DNA from: Aureliella sp.
GTDB lineage: Bacteria > Planctomycetota > Planctomycetia > Pirellulales > Pirellulaceae
Assembly: GCA_963691875.1 (NCBI GenBank)
Contig: OY829846.1
Span: forward strand, 3,776,001 to 3,840,000
DNA: 64,000 bases
Direction of reading: 5' to 3'
The notes under the pieces were generated by a model that was not told the DNA's origin, did not search any database, and saw only the letters and a list, made by a program, of their open reading frames with translations. Position 1 is the stretch's first letter, and each line of letters begins with the position of its first letter. Position numbers and translations under genes: made by a program. This document shows, one piece after another, positions 10,939 through 21,027 of the stretch.

Positions 10939-11883
10939 ATGCCGAGTTTTGCAATTGGGGTTCTGATCGCCTACTCAGCCGCGGTCGTGCTGGCATCGGT
11001 CTTGGGTGGAATGCTACCCGAGTGGATTCGCCTAACCCACAGCAGAATGCAGCTCATGATTAGCTTCGTGGGTGGTATCATGCTTGGCATCGGGATTTTC
11101 CACATGATTCCGCACGCCTTGCTGGCCACGGGCGGTTCGGTGACGGGTTCTGATATCGAGGCTGTAGTGAAGGGAGTCATGCTGGGACTTCTGGCGACTT
11201 TCTTCTTGCTTCGATTCTTTCAATTCCACCAGCAAGGCCCCGAGGATTTTGGATATCAAGGTGAAAAGCAAGGGTCAAACCCCCAAGCTACGGGTCGGTG
11301 TTCTGAGCACCCGCATCCATCCCACCCACATCATGATTGCGGACCGGCGAAGCATTCGCGTTGGCTATTGGTGCTGCTTGGGCTAGGCATGCACACTCTG
11401 ATGGATGGAATCGCTCTGGCTAGCGGAGTTTTCGTGGAGGCTGGTCATGCTCATTCGAGTTTGCCGCCCGGATTTGCGATCTTCTTGGCTGTGCTGCTGC
11501 ACAAGCCCTTAGATGCAGTTTCTGTCACTTCGTTGATGCAAGATGCAAGTTCTTTAAACCGACGCTTGCTGGTTAACGTCGGATTTGCATTGATGTGCCC
11601 GATCGGCGCACTGCTCTTCTTTGCTGGCGTCAGTTTCGGCGGCGAAGGCTTGGCGACCAGCATGGTTACTTGGGGCCTCGCTTTTTCCGCTGGTGTTTTT
11701 CTTTGCATAGCGCTTTCGGATCTTTTGCCTGAAATGGAATTCCACACTCACAACCGTATTCCACTGAGCCTTGCGTTGATTGCTGGAGTCTTGTCCGCCT
11801 ATGCGATCGGCCTACTGGAAGGTTCCGCTGCACACGCTCCGGAGTCTGAGGAGACATCAGCCCAACATGATCACAGTCACTAG
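10939..11883 (+). CDS. ZIP-family divalent metal transporter
   Basis: HTLMDG and LHKPLD TM motifs, His-rich loop HPHPSHPHHDC, SDLLPE, His tail HDHSH; GGAG before ATG 10939. Confidence 0.9.
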   Translation: MPSFAIGVLIAYSAAVVLASVLGGMLPEWIRLTHSRMQLMISFVGGIMLGIGIFHMIPHALLATGGSVTGSDIEAVVKGVMLGLLATFFLLRFFQFHQQGPEDFGYQGEKQGSNPQATGRCSEHPHPSHPHHDCGPAKHSRWLLVLLGLGMHTLMDGIALASGVFVEAGHAHSSLPPGFAIFLAVLLHKPLDAVSVTSLMQDASSLNRRLLVNVGFALMCPIGALLFFAGVSFGGEGLATSMVTWGLAFSAGVFLCIALSDLLPEMEFHTHNRIPLSLALIAGVLSAYAIGLLEGSAAHAPESEETSAQHDHSH

Positions 11884-11958
11884 CCGTCAGACGACCGAAT
11901 AGACCGCTGGCCGTTCACGTTACCGGAGCAGATTTACGACGCGAGCACTGGTCAGCAC

Positions 11959-13242
11959 TTATTGAGTACCCGACTCCAACATCCTGGCACAGTTCAGCAG
12001 AGCGCGGCCGTTGTGGTAGGCGCCTTGCCACATGCTGGTTCGGACTTTCTTTCGCCCTACTGAGCCGTCTTCTTCCAATGTGTCCCACCAGCCGCCTTCT
12101 GGCGCAATGTGGTGATCCAGCGTGAACTCGAAGCAGCGATCAAAGATCTTGCGATACTTGTCTTCGCCCGTTAACTGATGCATGGTGAGCATGGCGACCA
12201 AAGCTTCGGTTTGAACCCACCAGATTTTGCGTCGGTCGTCGCTGGCCTTCCCAGGCTCTCCTGAACTATAGAAGCCGCCATTCTCTGTGTCGTAACCATG
12301 TTTGATTGCAAAATCGCAGATCCGACGGGCCCACCGATCGATGGACTCAATGCCTTCGAGTTCCTTCTGACCGAGTGACTCACAAGCATCCAGGACCAAC
12401 CAAGCACACTCTACGTCATGCCCATAGCTGGCTCGTTCATTTCGAGGCGTTGGAATCATCTCCCAGGAACGTGTCCAGCCATCGATGTTGCACGGGTATT
12501 CCGAATGCTTCACTCGAAAAACGTTGATTTGCACCAGTTCTCGTAACCGATCGGCAAGCAACTCGTTCTTGGTCTCGCGATACAATTGCGCGAAAGCTTC
12601 CAGGATATGGAGGTGAGAATTATAAGTTTTGGTATTGATGGCACCAACATAGCCCGATTCCTCAGGATCGGTAATCAATCTCCAATCGGCGTAGAAGAAC
12701 TCTTGGTACCCACCATGCTCAAGGTCGTATGCGTGTTTCTCAAGCGTCCGAAAAAGTTGCTGAGCTTTCCCCAGTGCCTCTTCCTGTCCTGTGGCTCGGT
12801 AGTACTCCACCAAGCCGTAGATGACAAAGGCATTGGGATAAACGTGTTTGCGAGTGTCGACTGCGTCGCCTGCCGCGGAGACTTTCGCAAAATAGCCGCC
12901 ATTCTTTGCGTCGAAGAAATTCTCGGTAAGAAACTCATAGCCTGAATGAGCCGCAGCTAATGACTCTTCCCGTCGAATGTCCTTTACGGCTAGCGTACTA
13001 AAGAACCAGAGCTGTCGCGCCTGCAGCGTCAGAAACTTGTCGCTGGGAGCGAAATTCCCTTTAGCATCAAGTATTTCAAAGTAGCCACCATGCTTTGGGT
13101 CTACCGACGGCAGGTAGAAGTCGATGAGCGTACTCTCGAGTACTTGAAGGCAGCGTTTGGCATCGTTGAACTGAGCCCAACAGGGTATGAAGCTGGACTG
13201 AAGGAAGACAAACATCAACGTGGTGACTACAAAACGTCTCAT
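11959..13242 (-). CDS. AGE-family epimerase (cellobiose 2-epimerase-like) with signal peptide
   Basis: QARQLWFFS, KHVYPNAFVIYG, TYNSHLHILEAF, SYGHDVECAWL, KIWWVQTEA, WQGAYHNGRA. Confidence 0.88.
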   Translation of the reverse strand: MRRFVVTTLMFVFLQSSFIPCWAQFNDAKRCLQVLESTLIDFYLPSVDPKHGGYFEILDAKGNFAPSDKFLTLQARQLWFFSTLAVKDIRREESLAAAHSGYEFLTENFFDAKNGGYFAKVSAAGDAVDTRKHVYPNAFVIYGLVEYYRATGQEEALGKAQQLFRTLEKHAYDLEHGGYQEFFYADWRLITDPEESGYVGAINTKTYNSHLHILEAFAQLYRETKNELLADRLRELVQINVFRVKHSEYPCNIDGWTRSWEMIPTPRNERASYGHDVECAWLVLDACESLGQKELEGIESIDRWARRICDFAIKHGYDTENGGFYSSGEPGKASDDRRKIWWVQTEALVAMLTMHQLTGEDKYRKIFDRCFEFTLDHHIAPEGGWWDTLEEDGSVGRKKVRTSMWQGAYHNGRALLNCARMLESGTQ

Positions 13243-13254
13243 TTGATCTTACTT

Positions 13255-14589
13255 TCAAGTTACTGCTGAAGTGAGCCTTGGCACGACATACGGCCCTTCG
13301 GGAATTACAGCAATTCTAGCTTGCGGGTTCGATCGCCAAAGATCCGCTAAGGTTCGATTGAGATCATCGGTGCAATGAACGCCAGTGAGAGCTTGCTCTT
13401 CGCTAGACAGTCCACTAGCGTAGAGATGAACACGACCAATTGCCTGAGGTTTGAGTTGCATCTGGGTTTGCCACTCGTCGATATTGGCGTGTGGTTTTTG
13501 CAGGATCTCTTGCAGGAATGCTTCAGGGCCCTGAGCGACCAGTCGCCTTTGGGCCTCAACGTATTCAGGTGAACCCATACCCTCTGAACACTCAGATGCG
13601 ATGATAAGATCTCCACCCTGCCTGAGAATCTCCATCGCGCCAACCATGCCTTTGACGGTTTGATAGTAAGTCTTGTCGAGCGGATAACCTGCAGCTGTAC
13701 TGACAACGATATCGAATGGTTTGTCGACCGGAAGCTCACAGTAGGTCGTCGCAAACGCTACGGCCTCTTGGTGACTGGAGATGATTTCACCAAAAGTTAT
13801 CTGCGCTACGCTTCGGTGCTCGTCTAAAACAGTGTTCAACCCAAGTGTGTTCTTAAAACGCGAACCGAAACCTCCATTATTCTGAGTCCAGGCATCCAGC
13901 ATTCGAATGATCTGAAGCTGCTCTTCATGCAATGGGTTCCGCAGTAGATTGCAATTACGCGTCGCCGGATCAGCCATGAATCGTGCGCTATGAAAGGTTG
14001 TAATCGTCTCTGAGTGAGCCAGTCCCGGTGCAACGACTTTGCGCCCACCCGAATACCCTGCCATGAAGTGAGGCTCGACCAATCCGGTTGCAATTCGAAG
14101 GTCCGCCTCAACAAAACGACGATCCAGGCTGACAACCGTCTCTCGAGTTGCGGTTTTGCCAAGCCAGACATGCTCGGCATCGCAGCGGGCATCATGGTTG
14201 TAGATTGTGATGTTGTCCAACACCCACTCGTCTCCGATCAACTCCGCAAGCTCTTCGCCTTCGTTCGGCCGATGCAAGCCTGTTGCAACAACAATGGAAA
14301 TTCTATCCCGCGGAATGCCTCCAGACTCGAGCTGTTGGACCAAGGGCCGCAGAAGCAATGAATGCGGCACCGGCCTAGTGATGTCGCAGATCGCAATGCA
14401 AGCACTGCTGCAGCCTTGTGCGCATTCGGCGAGCGGCGGGGTGCCATTGCAGTTCTGGAATGAGTCAGTCAAGGACGCTATCGGATCTTCAAGCAACGGC
14501 ATCTGTGGCTTGCGCAGAATGGTTGCATCGCAGCCCTTGGGCAGTTTCAGACTGTAGCCGTTCTTCCCGTAGTGGAGTTCAATGCCCAT
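13255..14589 (-). CDS. larA: LarA-family nickel-pincer racemase/epimerase
   Basis: DITRPVP, ATGLHR, EPHFMAGYSGGRK, GYPLDKTYYQTVKG motifs; substrate not determinable. Confidence 0.85.
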   Translation of the reverse strand: MGIELHYGKNGYSLKLPKGCDATILRKPQMPLLEDPIASLTDSFQNCNGTPPLAECAQGCSSACIAICDITRPVPHSLLLRPLVQQLESGGIPRDRISIVVATGLHRPNEGEELAELIGDEWVLDNITIYNHDARCDAEHVWLGKTATRETVVSLDRRFVEADLRIATGLVEPHFMAGYSGGRKVVAPGLAHSETITTFHSARFMADPATRNCNLLRNPLHEEQLQIIRMLDAWTQNNGGFGSRFKNTLGLNTVLDEHRSVAQITFGEIISSHQEAVAFATTYCELPVDKPFDIVVSTAAGYPLDKTYYQTVKGMVGAMEILRQGGDLIIASECSEGMGSPEYVEAQRRLVAQGPEAFLQEILQKPHANIDEWQTQMQLKPQAIGRVHLYASGLSSEEQALTGVHCTDDLNRTLADLWRSNPQARIAVIPEGPYVVPRLTSAVT

Positions 14590-14603
14590 GAATGACGACT
14601 GTG

Positions 14604-17171
14604 CTACTGGCCAATCGGGCTGCCAGGCGGCAATTCGGCAGCAGGATTGTAGTTGCGGGATGGATAGGGTCGCTCAAGAAAGCTATTGATTTCTGTTGCG
14701 AGAGCAATCCAGAGAGCTACATCGTGCTTCTGACCACCTTGATTTACCTTTCGCGATAAGGTGTTCTGCAATTCATGCAGCTCCAGACGAGCAAGGTGTC
14801 GAGCGTCCGCTGTAGCTTGATTCGACTGACTAAGCTCCATAAGCTTGTCAACAAATACTCTCCAGACAATGCGGCGAGCCTCGCCCTCCTGAGGAGTGAT
14901 CGATTCTGCTGGCCCTGGAGTCGAGTGCTTGACAATCCGCTTAATGACCTCGCTCAGTCCAAGCTGCTCGAATTCGGTACCACTTCGGGCCAATCGCGAT
15001 GCACGTTGAGGTTGCAAGAGATTGCCAAGAGTCAGCTCGGCGGCGGCTTGCATGGCCGAACCAGGATCAAAAATCGGGCCAGTCCGCGAACTGAAACGCT
15101 CGTTATCACTGATAGAAGAACCTGTCCGAGGTGGAATGGAATTGAGAATCGAGTTGGGAATCGCCAGTGCCGCGGGCGATATCGTCGTCAGTAACACCTC
15201 CAACGCAGCGCGTTGCCGGTCTTGTGCAATCGGCGACTGAATCGTTTGGCCATCGCCAGCAAACGCATAACTGTATTCATAGCCGCCGAGCACCTTAGCG
15301 GTTGCATCAACTTGGAATCGGTGATGTAGGTACACGGGAACAAAAGCTTTTTCCAAGTCGGCGAGAGGTTGCTCAGGATGTAAAACGGACGCGTCAAAAT
15401 TTTCTATCGCGATCTTCCGCACATTCATTTCATGCTCAAGCGCCGCAACGGGATCGCCTCCATTATCCCACAGATTGCCATAGGGCTGAGCAGCGCCGGC
15501 TGGCCGAGCATCTGCATCCGTAATGTACTTGTAGCCTTTTTCGAGCGACCACTGAATTAGCTTCTCAAGCTCCTCCGACTCGTTGGCCTCAGGTGGGAAC
15601 TGTGAATAAGAATACTGCACAGCGAACTTATCCCACTCTCCTATTCCCACGCCGTAGGCATCACTTAGATCAATCTCACCATCCACAATCTTCGCTCTTG
15701 GCGAAGGGTAATCCATGACCGAGGCGCGATCGCCATAAGTGCTCGCCGCAAAATTATGGGCAAACCCTAATGTGTGACCGACTTCGTGCGCCGAAAGCTG
15801 CCGGATACGAGCCAAGGCAACTTCGGTGTCAGAGAGCTGTGGATCGAGCTGCGACAAGTAGGCTTCGCTCGGCAGGCATCCCATTCCGCAAGCACACCCA
15901 CGGGCACCAGAGCGAGTGCTAGCGGTACCCTGTCTGCCGCGCAATCCGCTAAAGAGCAAATGATCTTGCCGGACTCGCAAAGAGCCGAGCAGCACGTGGC
16001 CTTTGATGATCTCGCCGGTTCGCGGGTCGGTAAAGGATTGTCCGTAGGACCAGCCTCGCGTCGCACGATGCACCCATTGGATCACGTTATAACGAACGTC
16101 CATAGGGTCGGCATCTTCTGGCAGCATTTTGACTTGATAGGCATCGATGAAGCCAGCCGATTCAAAGGCTTCGTTCCACCAGCGGGCGCCTTCGAGCAGT
16201 GCGGAGCGCACGGGCTCCGGTGCACCTGGATCCAGGTAGTACACAATCGGCTTCTTAACTGGACTCCTCGCGGCTGTCGGATCTGTTTTCTCCAGGCGGT
16301 GCCGAGTGACCCAACGTTTCTCAAGAGGTTCTTCGATGGCTGAGGCGTAATCAGAAAAGCTCATCGCAAAGCTACCCACACGCGGATCCCACTTCCTTGG
16401 CGAGTACCCCAGCTCGGGAAGTCTCACGAAGGAGTGGTGCTGGCGAAGCGTAATGGACTTTCCATCCGGCGCTGTCCGATTGGCCAGCCTACCAGGCTTC
16501 TTCGACGAGAAGGTCAATGCAACTTCGAACTCGCTGTTCAGTGGAAATGCCTTGGTGCGTGGCAGATGCACAAAGCTTCTTTCCTTGTCCAACGAAAAGC
16601 TTCCTTGATCAGTTGAGGATAGCGTTCCAACGCAATCGTGTGCGTCGCGAAGCAGGAAGCCTGTCAGGTCGACAAGGAGACCTTGGTCACTCTTCTTAAG
16701 CCTGCCAGACCAGAGCACTGACGAGGCGAAAGAATCACGCACAGCCTGTCTCTCGGAAGGCTCTTGCGAGCCCAATGCGCGGAACTTCGTATTCTCTTGA
16801 ATGAGATAAACAGATTGCCCAACGCGCCTGAAGTGAACCAGTCGCTCGGCACCGAGCTGCCCTCGGTCTAGCCCAACGGGATTCGACCCCAGCCCCGTCG
16901 CGAGCGAGCTGGTGTAGAGAAACGAATCGGACGCAACATCTTGATCATCGCCTGCTAGACTGAGCCATATTTTCCCCTCCGCATCATCCCAGTAGAAGTC
17001 ATAGAACCCTTCGTAGCGTTGGAACTTTGATGTGTCGAGAAGCTTACTCTCATCCGCCCGGGTGGAGGCAAGAAACACCGTTGCGCCAATCATTAGGCAT
17101 GAAATAACCTTTGTTCCCCGCGCGGAAAATAAAGACCCTTGAAATAAACGAGACATGCGATGCGACAACAT
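14604..17171 (-). CDS. Secreted zinc-dependent metalloprotease (metzincin-like, DUF4953/DUF5117 type)
   Basis: Signal peptide; HEVGHTLGFAHNF (HExxHxxGxxH); SVMDY Met-turn; DPRVG, KPIVYY, DPRTGEIIKG. Confidence 0.9.
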   Translation of the reverse strand: MLSHRMSRLFQGSLFSARGTKVISCLMIGATVFLASTRADESKLLDTSKFQRYEGFYDFYWDDAEGKIWLSLAGDDQDVASDSFLYTSSLATGLGSNPVGLDRGQLGAERLVHFRRVGQSVYLIQENTKFRALGSQEPSERQAVRDSFASSVLWSGRLKKSDQGLLVDLTGFLLRDAHDCVGTLSSTDQGSFSLDKERSFVHLPRTKAFPLNSEFEVALTFSSKKPGRLANRTAPDGKSITLRQHHSFVRLPELGYSPRKWDPRVGSFAMSFSDYASAIEEPLEKRWVTRHRLEKTDPTAARSPVKKPIVYYLDPGAPEPVRSALLEGARWWNEAFESAGFIDAYQVKMLPEDADPMDVRYNVIQWVHRATRGWSYGQSFTDPRTGEIIKGHVLLGSLRVRQDHLLFSGLRGRQGTASTRSGARGCACGMGCLPSEAYLSQLDPQLSDTEVALARIRQLSAHEVGHTLGFAHNFAASTYGDRASVMDYPSPRAKIVDGEIDLSDAYGVGIGEWDKFAVQYSYSQFPPEANESEELEKLIQWSLEKGYKYITDADARPAGAAQPYGNLWDNGGDPVAALEHEMNVRKIAIENFDASVLHPEQPLADLEKAFVPVYLHHRFQVDATAKVLGGYEYSYAFAGDGQTIQSPIAQDRQRAALEVLLTTISPAALAIPNSILNSIPPRTGSSISDNERFSSRTGPIFDPGSAMQAAAELTLGNLLQPQRASRLARSGTEFEQLGLSEVIKRIVKHSTPGPAESITPQEGEARRIVWRVFVDKLMELSQSNQATADARHLARLELHELQNTLSRKVNQGGQKHDVALWIALATEINSFLERPYPSRNYNPAAELPPGSPIGQ

Positions 17172-17254
17172 ATAACGACTCCATGAATAAAACTGGAGCC
17201 CGCATTCTAGCCGATCATCTGCAACGCGTAATTGGCCGTAGAAATGTGCCTCGG

Positions 17255-17713
17255 TTACATCTGGCTAAGGTACTTCCCTTGCTGTCCCGATTTGTTGCAA
17301 GCGTTCTTGTAGACCTTTCTCATCTCCTTCTCTTGCACGAGCTGCTCATTCATGGAGTCAATCTCGTCGTAAGTTTGTACGATGCTAGGTTAGTCGCGCA
17401 TTCCTTCGTACATGGTCGCGATTTCGATCCAGACGCTTACATCTTCGGGCTCAAACTGCACGTATTTCTGGAATGCGGCTTCCGCTCCGGAAATGTTTTT
17501 CAGTTTGACTTTAGCGCGACCGAGCCGAAACATGACGATGGGATCCTCAGGTTCCAGCTGATGCGCTTCCATCAGACTTGCCGCGGACTGCTTTAAATCC
17601 CCATTGATCTCGCACCATTGAGCAAGAACCAGATTGCTTTCGTTATGCATGTCATTGTCAGCTAGGATTTTGACAAGGTGACCCAACCCTTCGATTTCTT
17701 TAAGGCATTCCAT
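17255..17713 (-). pseudogene. TPR-repeat protein interrupted by an in-frame TAA at 17390-17392
   Basis: ATG 17713 follows GAGGA; TPR-like helices (AHQLEPEDPIVMFRLG; AFQKYVQFEPED); the frame continues 44 codons past the TAA to a stop at 17255-17257. Confidence 0.6.
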
Positions 17714-17771
17714 GTCCTCGATGATGCCAGAAATGAGCAACCCCAAGTTGATATCTGAACCATCTTCCGCT

Positions 17772-18422
17772 TTATTGTGCTTTGCGAGCAAGATACGAGT
17801 GCCAAAGGATTCGTGAGGCAACCGCTCGGTTAGGCTCCCAGCGAGCAACGTATTTGAGCACTTCGTCCCAGTTCATGTCTCTGCCAAGTAAATGACCTAG
17901 CTCCCGAATCAGGGCTAGATCACCGACGGGAAAAGCATCACGATAACACAGTGCCATGAGGAGGTAGACTTCCGTGGTCCAGACTCCGATTCCTTTTTGT
18001 GATTGAAGCGATAGTCGAGCTTCATCGGGCGAATGACTCGGCAATGTCGCAAGCCGAAGGCTTCTTGCATGTACCTTATTGGCGAGCAAATGAATGTAGT
18101 GTGACTTTTGTCGCGTCACCCCAAGCTCTCGTAAGCCAGCCTCGCCGAGCTCGACAACGCGTTTAGCGGAAACACGGCCACCGCAATGCTTTCGAATGCG
18201 ATCGTTCATAGCAGCTGCGGAAGTCAAGGAGACCTGTTGCTCCAGGATGATATGCGTTAACGTGGAAAAGCCTGGCTTGCGACCCCATAACGGAGGATAG
18301 CCATACTGATCGAGGATTTCTCTGAGCATGGTGTCCTGCTTTGCCAAGTCACGGCAGGCCACCGGCAAGCTACGCCTCGAAAGCGTATCCAAACGAATAG
18401 GTCGTGAGTGCTGCATAGGCAA
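17772..18422 (-). CDS. DNA-3-methyladenine glycosylase II (AlkA/HhH-GPD family)
   Basis: ILEQQVS, LRELGVTRQKS, HhH KGIGVWT, FPVGDL, WEPNR. Confidence 0.88.
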   Translation of the reverse strand: MPMQHSRPIRLDTLSRRSLPVACRDLAKQDTMLREILDQYGYPPLWGRKPGFSTLTHIILEQQVSLTSAAAMNDRIRKHCGGRVSAKRVVELGEAGLRELGVTRQKSHYIHLLANKVHARSLRLATLPSHSPDEARLSLQSQKGIGVWTTEVYLLMALCYRDAFPVGDLALIRELGHLLGRDMNWDEVLKYVARWEPNRAVASRILWHSYLARKAQ

Positions 18423-18442
18423 GCTAAATGTAGCAGACGGTA

Positions 18443-19030
18443 TTAGGCTGAGAAGTTTTCTTTATCTTGCGAGGCATTCTGCAGTGAATTGACGGCGGCG
18501 AGCAAGAAAGCGTTGGCGTGGCCAACTGAGGCATCAACTTCGTCCACATACCCATCAGCAGCAGCAGACCAGGCGCGGTTCAGATACCGCTCGCCACTGG
18601 CAAATTCTGTCATGACTTCAGCGTACCGTTTGATTCCGAAGCGATTTGAGATAGACATTCGTCCGTCTGCGAACTCCGAAAGTAGAGGAGCACACTGCTC
18701 GTCGATGTACTCCAAGACATCTTCGCAACTCATGTCGTCCAGACTACCTCGCAGGTTAGCGACTCGCTCCGATGCCTTGGACAGAGACTCTTGCACCGCC
18801 GTAAGTTCGGCACCTGTGGATTCAACATTGACTGCCTGTGCAGCTTTGTTGAGACGCAGAAGTACGACACCACCGATTCCAACTAACGCCGCGACGCCAT
18901 AATAACCCCAGGGGATTGTACTCCAAGCTACATCGGGGTCCTCTAGCCGTAAGACCGTAAAGAACGCTCCGCCAAGGAACCCTATCCACAAGAGTACTTG
19001 TCCAGCGATGAATAGTGGGGTGAAGTTCAT
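18443..19030 (-). CDS. Hypothetical protein, two N-terminal TM helices plus a helical soluble domain
   Basis: Long ORF filling the gap between the OPT and AlkA genes; hydrophobic N-terminus; FASGERYLNRAWSAAADGY segment. Confidence 0.75.
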   Translation of the reverse strand: MNFTPLFIAGQVLLWIGFLGGAFFTVLRLEDPDVAWSTIPWGYYGVAALVGIGGVVLLRLNKAAQAVNVESTGAELTAVQESLSKASERVANLRGSLDDMSCEDVLEYIDEQCAPLLSEFADGRMSISNRFGIKRYAEVMTEFASGERYLNRAWSAAADGYVDEVDASVGHANAFLLAAVNSLQNASQDKENFSA

Positions 19031-19098
19031 ATGTCTAACCAATGAGGTGGATACTTGTTGGAATCTGGAGATGGGGCGTTGCGTGGACGAAACCTAAT

Positions 19099-20865
19099 TC
19101 AGTTGAGGAAGATCTGGATTACCGCGTCACCTACGTTCACGAGAGCCTCACCAACAATGAGACCTGCGGCTATCGGGACTCCAACTTCGTAGCCGAATTG
19201 CTTACCCATAAACTTATCGCTGAGCACTCGCAGGATATTACCAATCGTGTAGGTCAGCACGATGCCGAACGGCATGTAAAAACCGAGGCCGACCAATACA
19301 CCGATTCCACCGAGTCCACTCAGCGCCAGCATGAGCCCCATGCCCGCGCCAGCCGTGTAGCGATAGGCCGGGACATCACCGCTCACAATTGACTCGATAG
19401 TGGTGGCGAGTGCCTCAGCTTGGGGAGCTGGGAGCGACTCTGAACCCATGCCGCGTTGTTCGTGCAACAGCATCATCAACCACACCACGATAATCGGGCC
19501 GAGCCATGTCCCGACAAATTGAGCAATTTGCTGCCTTCTGGGAACTCCGCCCACTAGGTATCCAGACTTGAGATCGAGCATGATGTCACTAGCTTGGGAC
19601 ACGGCAAGGCAGACCGCAGCGCCAACGATCATTGAAACCCGAATTGTCGTTAGCGTGTCCGTACTTCCCTTGATCGAGAAGATCAGCAGAGTCACTGCAA
19701 TCAATGTCATGCCAGAAAGTGGTGACCAGTTTGTCCGTCCGATGCATTCAGCAACGATGACTCCGGCTACCCATATCCACGCGACTCCAAGCACAGCCAT
19801 CAGCAGAGCTCGGCCAATCGAAAGTTCCCCGGCGCCGACGTACCAGGCGATCGAAATCATCAAGACGCTGCCGACGGCAATCATCAAATACAGCATCCAG
19901 ATTGGCAGCTCGTCTTTTTTGGCGATATCCCCACCGCTTCGATCCTTCGCACCTTGTAGGGATCCTAGTGCGCTTAAGATCATCGGAAGCGCCGCAACGA
20001 TTCCGCCGATAGCGGCTCCAATCAGCATGCCGATGCCGGCTGGCCGATACAATTCGACTCGCATTTTGCCAGGATCGGCCGTCATGGCGACCACGTCATC
20101 TGCTGCAAAACCCGACAGCAATGGTGATAACAGGAAGTAGCAGATAAAGCCTCCCGCACCAAACCAGAATCCACCCTTTCCAGAAAGATAGCCGACACCG
20201 ATTGTCATGATTGACACATAGAATGCCATGTTGAGCATCGATGGCAGACCGAGGGCTTCGCCGAGCGGCAGGTTGGAATCACTTCCCACCGAGCTAAGTA
20301 CGATAACTTGTACGACTCCGGCTATTGCTACGCCGCCAAGCAGAAGCATCGCTTTTTGAACGCCAGCCCCAGGACTTTTAAGGATTGTCGCAACAGCAAT
20401 TCCACCTGGATAAGCCAGGCGGTCAAAGTCGATCATCTGCTTGCGAAGCGGAATCACAAAGCACAGGCCAAGGATACAGCCAGTGATTGCAGCGAGAATC
20501 AAGAGTGGCTGATTGATTTCGGCAAGACTTGCGAATTTGGGATCCTTGGCGGAGAGGATTAAGAGCGCCGGCACGCTAAACATAATCCCACTTGAGGCTC
20601 CGTTGACTGCCGAAGCAATGGTTTGATTAATATTATTCTCAACGATACTGGTGCGGCGCATAACACCACGTAGGACACCCCAGCCAAGAATTGCAGCGAG
20701 TTCCGATCCTTCAATCGAAAATCCCAGCATCAACGAGGCGTAGGCGACCGAGATGGTAAGCAACACTCCGATCGCCCAACCAACGAAAATTGCAACCCAA
20801 GTAAACTCAGGGTACTCTCCGCGGATGTGCGAGATGGACGGACCTTGTTTCATGACGAGCTCCAT
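19099..20865 (-). CDS. OPT-family oligopeptide transporter
   Basis: ENNINQTIASA, LAYPGGIAVATIL, SPLSGMT, DLKSGYLVGGVPRRQQIAQ, LPAPQA, AAGLIVGEAL; many TM helices. Confidence 0.9.
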   Translation of the reverse strand: MELVMKQGPSISHIRGEYPEFTWVAIFVGWAIGVLLTISVAYASLMLGFSIEGSELAAILGWGVLRGVMRRTSIVENNINQTIASAVNGASSGIMFSVPALLILSAKDPKFASLAEINQPLLILAAITGCILGLCFVIPLRKQMIDFDRLAYPGGIAVATILKSPGAGVQKAMLLLGGVAIAGVVQVIVLSSVGSDSNLPLGEALGLPSMLNMAFYVSIMTIGVGYLSGKGGFWFGAGGFICYFLLSPLLSGFAADDVVAMTADPGKMRVELYRPAGIGMLIGAAIGGIVAALPMILSALGSLQGAKDRSGGDIAKKDELPIWMLYLMIAVGSVLMISIAWYVGAGELSIGRALLMAVLGVAWIWVAGVIVAECIGRTNWSPLSGMTLIAVTLLIFSIKGSTDTLTTIRVSMIVGAAVCLAVSQASDIMLDLKSGYLVGGVPRRQQIAQFVGTWLGPIIVVWLMMLLHEQRGMGSESLPAPQAEALATTIESIVSGDVPAYRYTAGAGMGLMLALSGLGGIGVLVGLGFYMPFGIVLTYTIGNILRVLSDKFMGKQFGYEVGVPIAAGLIVGEALVNVGDAVIQIFLN

Positions 20866-21027
20866 TCGACTTTACGGTCGAATCTGAGGATGAGAGGCAA
20901 GTGCATAAGTTGTGAACGTGTTTCGTGGGGGGTGGCGAGCGCGCGATGAGCATTAGAATTGTATCAGTGTCCAGCTGATTTGCGACACTGGCACTGGATC
21001 GAATTCTTCACCCCGAAAGCAGTAATT

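Noticed and set aside
17714..17848. N-terminal extension of the TPR ORF
   Set aside because: Overlaps the AlkA 3' end; ATG 17713 has an RBS.
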